Origin: Minisyncoccota bacterium
GTDB lineage: Bacteria; Patescibacteriota; Minisyncoccia; Phycocordibacterales; UBA2100
Assembly (NCBI GenBank): GCA_043780835.1
Contig: JAYWCB010000005.1
Span: forward strand, 22,280-86,279
Direction: 5' to 3'
DNA length: 64,000 nt
Of the stretch, positions 1 through 8,740 are shown piece after piece. Under the pieces are notes generated by a model that made no database searches, was not told where the DNA came from, and was given only the letters and a program-made list of their open reading frames with translations. Position numbers and translations under genes: made by a program. Within the stretch, counting starts at the first letter, position 1; each line of letters starts with the position of its first letter.

Positions 1-20
1 GCTGCAGGTCTGGGAAGAAC

Positions 21-431
21 TTGAAACACTTGGCAAAGCAAAACTGCGCGTCATGCCCAACGGTCAAACACGCTATTTATTGCTATAAAATTTTTGATAT
101 GCACGTCTTTAATGCGGATACTATACCGATGGAACAGCGAAAGGGACTCGCTATTCGCGTTTTCCCGACGTCACTTTCCAAGAAAACTGAATTTATATAT
201 GTCGAATCAGAAATAGGACATGGACCTGTTGTCATTCAGCGAGTCAGTGATTTTTCGTATTTTATTGTTGAAGGATCGGGTGAATTTGAGATAGATAAAA
301 AAATTGAATTGTGCAAAAAAGGGGACCTCATTGTAATACCGGCAGGTACGCCATATACGTATCGCGGAAAAATGAATATCGTCGCATCGTCAACACCGCC
401 CTGGACCGCTGAGCAACAAATGACTGTATGA
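21..431 (+). CDS. Small cupin-like protein; true start probably an internal Met
   Basis: Beta-barrel-like composition with a PAGTPYTYRG motif resembling cupin motif 2. The stop overlaps the pheT start as ATGA. Confidence 0.4.
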   Translation: MKHLAKQNCASCPTVKHAIYCYKIFDMHVFNADTIPMEQRKGLAIRVFPTSLSKKTEFIYVESEIGHGPVVIQRVSDFSYFIVEGSGEFEIDKKIELCKKGDLIVIPAGTPYTYRGKMNIVASSTPPWTAEQQMTV

Positions 432-2227
432 AAATCTCCCGCAATTGGCTCCAGACCTATTTCGATAAACCGCTCCCCGACGCATTCGTTCTTTCTGATG
501 CGCTCACATTCCACGCGTTTGAAATCGACGGCGTAGAGCGTCATGGAGACGATGACATCCTCGATGTAAAAATCACCGCGAATCGTGGACACGATTGTTT
601 GAATCATCGCTCGATCGCGAAAGAAGTATCAGCAATTTTGGATATGCCAATGAAAGCGGATCCGTTAAAAATACAGCCAACGCTCGAACCGAAAACGAAT
701 CTGGTGTCCGTAAAAATCACTGAGACCTCGCTGTGCTCGCGATTCACCGCAGGGTATATTCGCGGCGTGACTGTTGGCCCGTCACCCGAATGGCTCAAAA
801 TCGCGCTCGAATCAATCGGCCAACGCTCGATCAATAATGTGGTAGATGCTACGAATTTCGTGATGTTCAATCTTGGGCAACCGTTGCACGCGTTCGATGC
901 GGGCAAGCTTGTGGCAAGTGATGTGGGCTATGCGCTCGAGGTGCGCCGAGCGCAGCCGGGCGAGAAAATTACCGCGCTTGATAACAAGGTCTACGAACTT
1001 TCGGATTCAATGCTCATGGTCGCGGATGCCAACGCCGGTGTTGCTGCCGGAATTGCGGGTGTCAAAGGCGGATTGCCTGCGGCGGTCGATTCGTCCACAC
1101 ATGACATCATCCTCGAGTCGGCGAATTTCAACGGAGTTTCAGTTCGCCGAACTGCATCTGCGCTCAAACTGCGCACCGATGCCTCCGCTCGTTTTGAGCA
1201 AGTGATTTCACCGGAATATGCTGCGCACGGCATGCGCGCCGTCGCTGCGCTCATAGTCGAACTTGCCGGCGGTGAACTCGTCGGATTTGTAGATGAGTAT
1301 CCCGTGCCGCAAACAATGACACCGGTTACGGTATCGACGGCGAAAGTGAACGCCGTTTTAGGCACACAGCTTCCCGCGTCTGAAATGGAACGTGCGCTTA
1401 CTCGTCTGGATCTTTCCCACATGAGCGCAAGCGACACATTTACCGTAACGCCTCGTTTTGAGCGTCTCGATCTCACCAGTCCCGAGGACTTGATCGAAGA
1501 AATCGGACGCATCATCGGCTACGACATGGTGCCGGAAATTGAATTACCGACACTCGGCACAAAGCCGCACATCAACGAAAACTTCGCTCGTATCGAATCC
1601 GTGCGCGAGCATATGATCGCCGAAGGCTATAGCGAAGTCTACACATCAGTATTTACCGAAAAAGGAGAGCGAGAAGTACTCAACAAAGTCGGCGGCGATC
1701 GCTCGTATCTGCGCGCGAATCTCACGGATGGGCTCAGTGAGGCGCTGGAGCGCAATGTGCGAATCAAAGACGCGCTCGGCGTCAAACAAGTGCAACTATT
1801 CGAAATTGGAACAATATGGACGGCCGGCGAAGAGAAGCTCGTTGTCGGTACCGCTGTCGAAAAAGGCGAGATAAAACAATACGCACTCAGTGATATTCCT
1901 GTACCTGAAGTCTACCCAGCGGGGGAAGGTTCAACGCTTGATCGCTACAAAACATTCTCGCGCTATCCATTTATTGTGCGCGATATCGCTATGTGGGTTC
2001 CGACAGGGACAATGGCCGACAGCGTACTCGAAACCATCCGTTCGCAGGGCGGACCCCTTCTTATGCGAACAGAACTGTTCGACACGTTCGTTAAAGGCGA
2101 CAAAACCTCCTTCGCGTTCAGATTGGTATTTCAATCATTTGATAAAACCCTTACAGACGACGAAGTGAATGCAATTGTTGCAACAACTACCACCGCACTG
2201 CAGGCACAGGGTTTCGAGATTCGTTAG
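428..2227 (+). CDS. pheT: Phenylalanine--tRNA ligase beta subunit, short form (599 aa)
   Basis: N-terminus MKISRNWLQTYF is typical of PheT, and B3/4 and B5-like regions are present. The protein is shorter than the roughly 800-aa bacterial PheT. Confidence 0.88.
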   Translation: MKISRNWLQTYFDKPLPDAFVLSDALTFHAFEIDGVERHGDDDILDVKITANRGHDCLNHRSIAKEVSAILDMPMKADPLKIQPTLEPKTNLVSVKITETSLCSRFTAGYIRGVTVGPSPEWLKIALESIGQRSINNVVDATNFVMFNLGQPLHAFDAGKLVASDVGYALEVRRAQPGEKITALDNKVYELSDSMLMVADANAGVAAGIAGVKGGLPAAVDSSTHDIILESANFNGVSVRRTASALKLRTDASARFEQVISPEYAAHGMRAVAALIVELAGGELVGFVDEYPVPQTMTPVTVSTAKVNAVLGTQLPASEMERALTRLDLSHMSASDTFTVTPRFERLDLTSPEDLIEEIGRIIGYDMVPEIELPTLGTKPHINENFARIESVREHMIAEGYSEVYTSVFTEKGEREVLNKVGGDRSYLRANLTDGLSEALERNVRIKDALGVKQVQLFEIGTIWTAGEEKLVVGTAVEKGEIKQYALSDIPVPEVYPAGEGSTLDRYKTFSRYPFIVRDIAMWVPTGTMADSVLETIRSQGGPLLMRTELFDTFVKGDKTSFAFRLVFQSFDKTLTDDEVNAIVATTTTALQAQGFEIR

Positions 2228-2298
2228 GAGCCGCGTACTCGCACACAACGGTTCGATTTCGCGCATCCGAAAACAGTGACGGAGATTTCTCAAACAAA

Positions 2299-2325
2299 GC
2301 CCCGGTGTGATACCGGGGCTTTCTG
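2299..2325. terminator. Hairpin gccccggt-gtga-taccggggc plus T-run; bidirectional terminator between pheT and the convergent gene
   Basis: GC stem followed by tttct, located between convergent genes. Confidence 0.5.
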
Positions 2326-2342
2326 TATTTAAACGCTGAACG

Positions 2343-2813
2343 CTACCAATTCGGTGCGGCGTTCGCGTAGGTGGCTGTCGGTCGGTACTCGCGGTATCCC
2401 ATGGCTGCGATCGAGTTCGCTTTCATAAGTATTAACTTCGATTTGAGGCCGCCGCGAGCGGCAATCCAGCGTCGCACCGGTTTCGGATACATCGCGTACA
2501 GCATTTTCGTTGCTTCGCGGTTTGTTACCGCACGACCGTTGGCATCTAAGTTCCATGCCGCATGGAATCCTAAGACGGCGCGCCGCGTGAAGAATATGCG
2601 TTCTGCAGGCACTGCACCGAACACAATTGTGCAGGATGATGCACAGAATCCGTCGATAATCACGTGCTCACCTGAACTCCGCAGGTCCTGGTACCGGTCG
2701 ACATACGTGCCGATTCGTCCGCCGCGATCGTCAGTTATTCTCACTTGCGCATGAGTCATCCCCGGCGCGAGTGTGAATACGAAAAATACTGCTGTGAGAT
2801 ATCGAATCAACAT
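2343..2813 (-). CDS. Secreted small protein with a ClpP/crotonase-fold-like segment (paralog A)
   Basis: Signal peptide LIRYLTAVFFVFTLAPGMTHA. The segment IDGFCASSCTIVFGA...RRAVLGFHAAW aligns to the ClpP Ser and His motif region (CMGQAASMGAFLL...RVMIHQP). Confidence 0.5.
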   Translation of the reverse strand: MLIRYLTAVFFVFTLAPGMTHAQVRITDDRGGRIGTYVDRYQDLRSSGEHVIIDGFCASSCTIVFGAVPAERIFFTRRAVLGFHAAWNLDANGRAVTNREATKMLYAMYPKPVRRWIAARGGLKSKLILMKANSIAAMGYREYRPTATYANAAPNW

Positions 2814-2926
2814 TCGCGTCTCCCCAAAGCTGAGCGATATTGCTCTACAAGAATTCTATAAGCGCCGCTGCGTGAAAGCAATCAAAGAAAAACCGGCACA
2901 TCGTGCCGGCAGTCAGTGATTGTTCG

Positions 2927-3487
2927 CTATCGCAGATCCTGCGCAGAACATAGGGGGAAGATGCCGACTGCATCTTCTGCACGCATTTTTAGCGACGAGT
3001 CGAATGTTTTCGCAATGGGATACCCGCCGTGTCTCTTCACCCAGCGGGTGATTGCTGCAGAATGCGTCGGGTTGAAGTACCGGGCGGTCATCATTGTGCC
3101 GTCGTCGTGCAGTTTGGCGTTGCCAAACCGGTCCTTCGCAAAAATCGAACCCTTGTGGAATCCAAGTACGGCGATAGGAGTTAGGCATACTCGAATTCCG
3201 CGAAGCTGCGCCTGGTCAAGCACGTGCACGCACGCAGAGACACACACACCGTCAACCATGATGTGACGGATATGCCGTTGCTGCATTTGAGCAAGCGCAA
3301 ACTCGAAAAACGGCATACGCCCACCGGTGTTCCATTTGATGATGCATCGTGTGGGCGTGCATCCCGGGAACATCAGTGCCACAAAGTCTGTTTCTTCCTC
3401 CTGCGTACCTGTAGTTGACGCGTGCGCGGTATACGGCAGAGCGCACTGGGCAAGCAGTGCGGCAATTCTTAGCGCGTGCTTCAGCAT
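2927..3487 (-). CDS. Secreted small protein, paralog B of the ClpP-like family
   Basis: Signal peptide present. VDGVCVSACVHVL...IAVLGFHKG is homologous to the adjacent gene. Confidence 0.5.
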   Translation of the reverse strand: MLKHALRIAALLAQCALPYTAHASTTGTQEEETDFVALMFPGCTPTRCIIKWNTGGRMPFFEFALAQMQQRHIRHIMVDGVCVSACVHVLDQAQLRGIRVCLTPIAVLGFHKGSIFAKDRFGNAKLHDDGTMMTARYFNPTHSAAITRWVKRHGGYPIAKTFDSSLKMRAEDAVGIFPLCSAQDLR

Positions 3488-3606
3488 GGTCGCCTCCGCT
3501 ACAGGTGGTTGTACGATTCGGCTGCGCGTACTATACGTCGCATACCTAAACCGACAAGGATATTTCGAAGCGAGCAGTGTCGCAAGTGGGCAAGGAGGTG
3601 TTTTTT

Positions 3607-3615
3607 TGATATACT
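3607..3615 (+). promoter_or_regulatory. Extended -10 element TGaTATACT, 14 nt upstream of the gyrB ATG with no SD
   Basis: tttgatatact read directly in the sequence. Confidence 0.45.
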
Positions 3616-3629
3616 CAAACGACTAAAAT

Positions 3630-5672
3630 ATGGCTGAAACCAAGGGAAATAAGAGTGGTAAAACAGGCTCGTACGGAGCAGCGGACATTACGGTATTAGA
3701 GGGCTTGGAAGCGGTCCGGCGGCGACCGGGCATGTATATCGGCACCACCGGTCCCGATGGTCTCCATCATCTTATTACGGAAATCTTCGATAACTCACGC
3801 GACGAAGCGATGGGCGGTTTTGCTGATGACATCGAGATTGCACTGTTGCCCGATAACATGGTTCGCGTGGTCGACAACGGCCGTGGTATTCCGGTCGACA
3901 TCCATCCAAAAACAAAAGTTTCCGCGCTTGAAACCATTATGACCACACTGCACGCCGGCGGTAAATTCGGTGGTGAGGGATACAAAGTTTCGGGTGGACT
4001 CCACGGAGTGGGAGCGTCTGTTGTGAATGCACTTTCCACGTACGCGCGTGTAGAAGTGCATCGCGACGGCGGGCAGCATGTGCAGGAATACAAAAATGGC
4101 GGCAAGGCAGTTTCAAAAGTAAAACAAATCGGCAAATCAAAATTCCACGGCACGATCACTGTGTTCCAGGCAGACCCTTCAATCTTTCAAGTTATTGAGT
4201 ACAACTGGGATCGCATCGTGCAGCACATGCGTCAGCAGGCATATTTGGTAAAAGGCTTGCGCATTGCAATGTACGACCTACGAAATGCAGAAAAAGTACC
4301 ACACGAAGACGTGATTTATTTGCGCGAGCTCGGGCTCGATGCACCATCGTTCTCGTTCTATTTCGAAGGAGGTCTTCGATCACTGGTCGGATTCCAGAAT
4401 CATCACCAGGAGCCGGTTCACAAAACCATTTTCTATGTAGAAAAAGAATTGGATGGTGTGCAAGTAGAAGTTGCATTGCAATACGTTGACGATATGTCGA
4501 CACGCCTCACCGCATTTGCCAATAATATTTACACTGCCGAAGGCGGCACACACGTAACCGGATTTAAAACCGCGCTTACCCGGACACTGAATGTGAAGAA
4601 CGGGGGCGGGAAAGACTCTGACAGCTTTACGGGCGACGACGTGCTCGAAGGGCTCACGGCGGTGGTATCAGTAAAACTTCAGGAAATCCAGTTCGAAGGC
4701 CAGACCAAGGGAAAGCTCGGTTCGATGGAGGCTCGCGGTGCAACCGAAACGGTTTTTGGGGAAGCGTTCAATATGTTTCTCGAAGAGCATCCCGACGAAG
4801 CACGTGCAATCATAGGCAAAATCACGCTCGCCATGAAGGCGCGCAAAGCTGCGAAAGCCGCCAAGGATTCTATATTGCGTAAAGGTGCGCTCGACGGCAT
4901 GACATTGCCCGGCAAGCTCGCAGACTGCCAGAGCAAATCAGCCGAAGAATCAGAAATCTTTATTGTGGAAGGAGACTCGGCAGGGGGCACTGCGAAAATG
5001 GGTCGCGATCGTCGCATTCAGGCGGTACTTCCGTTGCGCGGAAAAATTCTCAACATCGAACGAGCGCGCCTCGATAAAATGCTCGCGTCAGAACAGATCA
5101 AGAATCTCGTCGTAGCGCTCGGCACCGCAATCGGCGACATCTTCGATCTTTCAAAATTGCGTTATCACAAGATCATTATTGCAACTGATGCCGACGTGGA
5201 CGGGGCACATATTCGTACGCTCTTGCTTACGCTTATGTATCGCCACTTCCGCCCGGTTATCGACGGCGGATTCCTTTATATTGCGCAACCGCCACTTTTC
5301 AAAATTAAAAAAGGAAAAGAAGTGCACTACGCATATTCAGACGCCGAGCGCATCAAATACGCTGGATCAGACACACCGCTGGAATCTGAGGCGGCAGAGC
5401 CGGAGGACGTTGAAGGGGAAGAAATTCCCGAGGAAGTGCAAAAAAAGCGAGCCACCAAAATTTCAGTGCAACGATACAAGGGCTTGGGAGAAATGAATTC
5501 AGATGAATTGTGGGAAACCACGATGGATCCCGCGCGACGCATTTTGAAGCAAGTAAACATTGAGGATGCAGTGGATGCAGATATGGTGTTCGACATGCTC
5601 ATGGGCACCGACGTGCCTGCACGCAAATCATTCATTCAGTCACATGCCAAAGAGGCAACGCTCGACATCTAG
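3630..5672 (+). CDS. gyrB: DNA gyrase subunit B
   Basis: GHKL ATPase N-terminus (LEGLEAVRRRPGMYIGTT), a TOPRIM domain, and the C-terminal EGDSAGG motif. Confidence 0.95.
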   Translation: MAETKGNKSGKTGSYGAADITVLEGLEAVRRRPGMYIGTTGPDGLHHLITEIFDNSRDEAMGGFADDIEIALLPDNMVRVVDNGRGIPVDIHPKTKVSALETIMTTLHAGGKFGGEGYKVSGGLHGVGASVVNALSTYARVEVHRDGGQHVQEYKNGGKAVSKVKQIGKSKFHGTITVFQADPSIFQVIEYNWDRIVQHMRQQAYLVKGLRIAMYDLRNAEKVPHEDVIYLRELGLDAPSFSFYFEGGLRSLVGFQNHHQEPVHKTIFYVEKELDGVQVEVALQYVDDMSTRLTAFANNIYTAEGGTHVTGFKTALTRTLNVKNGGGKDSDSFTGDDVLEGLTAVVSVKLQEIQFEGQTKGKLGSMEARGATETVFGEAFNMFLEEHPDEARAIIGKITLAMKARKAAKAAKDSILRKGALDGMTLPGKLADCQSKSAEESEIFIVEGDSAGGTAKMGRDRRIQAVLPLRGKILNIERARLDKMLASEQIKNLVVALGTAIGDIFDLSKLRYHKIIIATDADVDGAHIRTLLLTLMYRHFRPVIDGGFLYIAQPPLFKIKKGKEVHYAYSDAERIKYAGSDTPLESEAAEPEDVEGEEIPEEVQKKRATKISVQRYKGLGEMNSDELWETTMDPARRILKQVNIEDAVDADMVFDMLMGTDVPARKSFIQSHAKEATLDI

Positions 5673-5693
5673 TCACGCTGAGCACGATATACT

Positions 5694-6779
5694 GTGGCGA
5701 TGAATGAAAGCATTCGTCGCGCACGCGATGTAAAGCGTGCAGAAATCGCACAGTCAAAAGTTGACGAGCCGGTCGAAAAGATCGACGAGGGCCGTCGTTG
5801 GTTTTTGCGGGGCGCTATTGCAAGTGCTGCGATGGCGGTGATGCCTGCACTTCCTGATACTGCGCACGCGGAAAAACTTGATGTACAGCGTTCTATAGAA
5901 GAGCGTGAAGCGATCATAGCGAATGCAATCGAGAAAACGAGGCGTGCAATGAACACGCCCGATGTACTCGCCGCGCGCAAAGGTGAAGGTCGCGACTTAT
6001 TGATGAAAGTGTTTCGCACGCTTCAATTTCCAATCACGCCGGAATTCATCAAAGGCACGAAGTACGACATGAGCGGTGTGCGCAAACGACACGCGGTGCA
6101 AATCGCATATCGGTGGGGGCGCAATCAGAAACTGATTGTGGAGCTTATTTCGAACAAGGCGGAATTCAAAAAAGAGACGGAGGCAGGGTATGGCAATGGA
6201 ATATTTTTCGGTACTGCACATTCTTTTCTCACTGCCAAACATGTGGCGGAAGATTCTCAGAACAGGCCCGATCCGAGAGCTGCTCGCGATATCGCGATTC
6301 TCCATACAGGTGCGTTGCGTGCACGTCCGGAACAGGTCGTAAAAGATGATCCCACACTTACCAACAACGACATCGACGGTGCGTTTGTTTCTGTCGAAGG
6401 AATTGATCCTGATACAACGGGTGATTTCGAGGGCTACAAAAGTTATCCCGGCGTTGCGCTGAAATTGTCGCGCGGGTTTATAGATAAATTATATTACACT
6501 ACTCCCGTTGCATACCGCGAGCGATTATGTAAATCGTTTGCGATTATATTGCCGCCTGGCGAGGGCACCGGGGCAACGGCCGCTCAAACGCCGGGTTCGG
6601 GTATGTCGGGTTCTCCGGTGTGGACGCTGCGCAACGGTGAGCGGGTGCTCGCCGGTATTATGCATATGACAACAAGTGAGCGGGACCCTGCGACCGGCAG
6701 AACTATCGATATAGCTTTTTTTCACGGCATCGAGGACGTGCGCGAAGAAGTTGCCTCACATATTCGAAGCGGCGCCTGA
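5694..6779 (+). CDS. Tat-signal secreted trypsin-like serine protease; the ATG at 5700 is probably the start
   Basis: GRRWFLRGAIASAAMAV is a twin-arginine motif. TAKHV (His), DIAILH (Asp) and GSGMSGSPV (Ser) form a chymotrypsin-fold catalytic triad. TATACT lies at 5688-5693, 6 nt before the ATG. Confidence 0.7.
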   Translation: MAMNESIRRARDVKRAEIAQSKVDEPVEKIDEGRRWFLRGAIASAAMAVMPALPDTAHAEKLDVQRSIEEREAIIANAIEKTRRAMNTPDVLAARKGEGRDLLMKVFRTLQFPITPEFIKGTKYDMSGVRKRHAVQIAYRWGRNQKLIVELISNKAEFKKETEAGYGNGIFFGTAHSFLTAKHVAEDSQNRPDPRAARDIAILHTGALRARPEQVVKDDPTLTNNDIDGAFVSVEGIDPDTTGDFEGYKSYPGVALKLSRGFIDKLYYTTPVAYRERLCKSFAIILPPGEGTGATAAQTPGSGMSGSPVWTLRNGERVLAGIMHMTTSERDPATGRTIDIAFFHGIEDVREEVASHIRSGA

Positions 6780-6825
6780 CGGCGCCGCTTTTTTCCAAAC
6801 ACATCGAGCGTGCGTGGTCTCGAAT

Positions 6826-7944
6826 TTAGTACTGGTACTGCGGGTAGTTTGGGTACTGCGTCTGGTACTGCTGTTGGTACGGGGGTTGATATTGCGGTTG
6901 ATACTGTGTCGCGCCGCTTACCCATACGGAGGCGTAATTATTTGACTGGCGACTGTCAGTTGCAAATAAATGTACCGTAAACATGCCATCAACGGCTGGG
7001 GTAAAGCGAAGTGTGTTGACCACGTGCGCACCACCGGCGAGTGACGGCTGTACCTGCGACGAGTATGTGTACGGTTGTGATGTCGGGATCTGCGCCTGGA
7101 ATGTGTATGAGCCGGACGGAGTAGATCCTATGTTGTGCACATCGAACTGCACCGCGGAGATTTCTGAAGGTGAATATGGCGCGCGCGCAACGAATGCACC
7201 GCTGTACGAGTCGATAACACCAACGGCAATGATTCGAACGGATAGATCAGCGGCAGACACCGGGCGTGGCGCTGGAACCGGTGACGGAATTGGGCGCGGA
7301 TAGCTAATCGGCTTTGGCGATGGGGTGATGTAAACCGGCTTTGGAGCAGGTGTCACGACCACCGGTGTTTCAACGACTGGTGTTGGTGGAGGTGTGATTA
7401 CAACCGGAGTGATAACAACCGGCGGAATCGTAATCGGTTCAGCCGAAACGACTCGAACGGTTGCGCTGCCTGTTGCTTCCGGGCCCGTGGTGCCTGCTGC
7501 GCTCGGAATGTAGAGAATTGAGATTGCTGTGTTTACCGAAGTAGTTCCCGTGAGCGTCGGGAGCATCGATGCAGTGCCGGTGGCATTGCCAACGGTGTAT
7601 GCAGCTCCGCACGGAATTGCATTTCCATCCACGGACATTTTCAAACCCTTTACGCATGTGTAGAGGATCGCATAGGTGCCGCGGTTTGGGCTCGAATGTT
7701 TCCACGAAACGTTGAACGGGGTATTTGCTGCGACTTCTGACGGTGCAGTTACGGTAATTTCTGTCTTTTTACTTCCGGAAAATGTATCCGAGAACCACGG
7801 AGTTGAAAGGGAAATGATATGGAGCAGACCCCAAATCACAATGATGATCAAAATGATGAATCCGACGATTGCGAGTATGTTTGCAACAATGCCCGGCTTG
7901 CGTGCCGGTCCCTGCGGTCGAATCTCTGGTGCTGCATCTGCCAT
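6826..7944 (-). CDS. N-terminally membrane-anchored surface protein with a Pro-rich linker and a Q/Y-rich C-terminal tail
   Basis: TM helix IVANILAIVGFIILIIIVIWGLLHII, PPVVITPVVITPPPTP repeats, and the tail QYQPQYQPPYQQQYQTQYPNYPQYQY. Confidence 0.55.
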   Translation of the reverse strand: MADAAPEIRPQGPARKPGIVANILAIVGFIILIIIVIWGLLHIISLSTPWFSDTFSGSKKTEITVTAPSEVAANTPFNVSWKHSSPNRGTYAILYTCVKGLKMSVDGNAIPCGAAYTVGNATGTASMLPTLTGTTSVNTAISILYIPSAAGTTGPEATGSATVRVVSAEPITIPPVVITPVVITPPPTPVVETPVVVTPAPKPVYITPSPKPISYPRPIPSPVPAPRPVSAADLSVRIIAVGVIDSYSGAFVARAPYSPSEISAVQFDVHNIGSTPSGSYTFQAQIPTSQPYTYSSQVQPSLAGGAHVVNTLRFTPAVDGMFTVHLFATDSRQSNNYASVWVSGATQYQPQYQPPYQQQYQTQYPNYPQYQY

Positions 7945-8010
7945 ATACGTGTTTTAGTGAATTGAAACGTGAGTAAACCTCAAAATCTAATAAAAATCTA
8001 TGAGGCCGCA

Positions 8011-8038
8011 ATTGTAACACCGATTACTGCATTGTCAA
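8011..8038 (-). promoter_or_regulatory. Consensus sigma70-type promoter (TTGACA-16-TACAAT) on the minus strand for the 6826-7944 gene
   Basis: Plus-strand attgta at 8011-8016 and tgtcaa at 8033-8038. Confidence 0.55.
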
Positions 8039-8056
8039 GTGCATGAGATGAATTCA

Positions 8057-8085
8057 TTGACAGTTCACCGCAGGGGTTGTACTTT
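8057..8085 (+). promoter_or_regulatory. Promoter TTGACA-17-TACTTT for the Cys-rich secreted protein gene
   Basis: Read directly. An AAGGA SD lies before the ATG at 8138. Confidence 0.5.
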
Positions 8086-8137
8086 CGTGCCAGCACACCG
8101 ATCAATTGAGATTTGGTGTGAACAAAGGACATCATCA

Positions 8138-8659
8138 ATGCGCAACCGTATTGGAATGCTCATCGCGGCGTGCGCTGCGATGATTTTCGTAACCACTCCC
8201 GCCGTAGCTCAGCGAGCAAACGTAGGCAAGCAGGTGCAAGCACCGTCCGATATGAGAGCCTATGTGGTGCCGGCAGCGCCGGTTCCGTATTCGCAGGCAA
8301 TCACATCGGCGTCTGGTAATTTCTGTGCGTGGGCGCCGGCGGCATTCACGTGTCAGGAAAACCAGCAGATGCAGCAGGAGACCTGCTTCACTGCCTGTAT
8401 GACGCCGGCAGAATGGGAACTGTGTCCCACGAAGTCGTGGTTTGCCGACTCGTATGACCACCGCGACGCGGCACCGATCGGTGCGACACCCGCAAATCGC
8501 ATTCGCTTTTTCGAGCGGTGCGGCACGGTGTGCAGGCCAATGGGTTTTGCTCGCATGGCGTATTGGTACGAGCCGCGCAGAATGACCGATGGCTCATGGC
8601 ACGAAGGCCGCTGGATCGTGTTTCCGTTCTCACCGCCACGCTCGGCATCGAGAAACTGA
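8138..8659 (+). CDS. Secreted Cys-rich protein
   Basis: Signal peptide MRNRIGMLIAACAAMIFVTTPAVAQ with multiple Cys. The start was trimmed to the Met that follows the SD. Confidence 0.5.
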   Translation: MRNRIGMLIAACAAMIFVTTPAVAQRANVGKQVQAPSDMRAYVVPAAPVPYSQAITSASGNFCAWAPAAFTCQENQQMQQETCFTACMTPAEWELCPTKSWFADSYDHRDAAPIGATPANRIRFFERCGTVCRPMGFARMAYWYEPRRMTDGSWHEGRWIVFPFSPPRSASRN

Positions 8660-8740
8660 AACAAACGTTCTGTAGGTCGCGTTCGGAAGTATGACGATGG
8701 GCTGCACTCGCCGCCCATCGTCAATTTTTTTTGCAAAATT

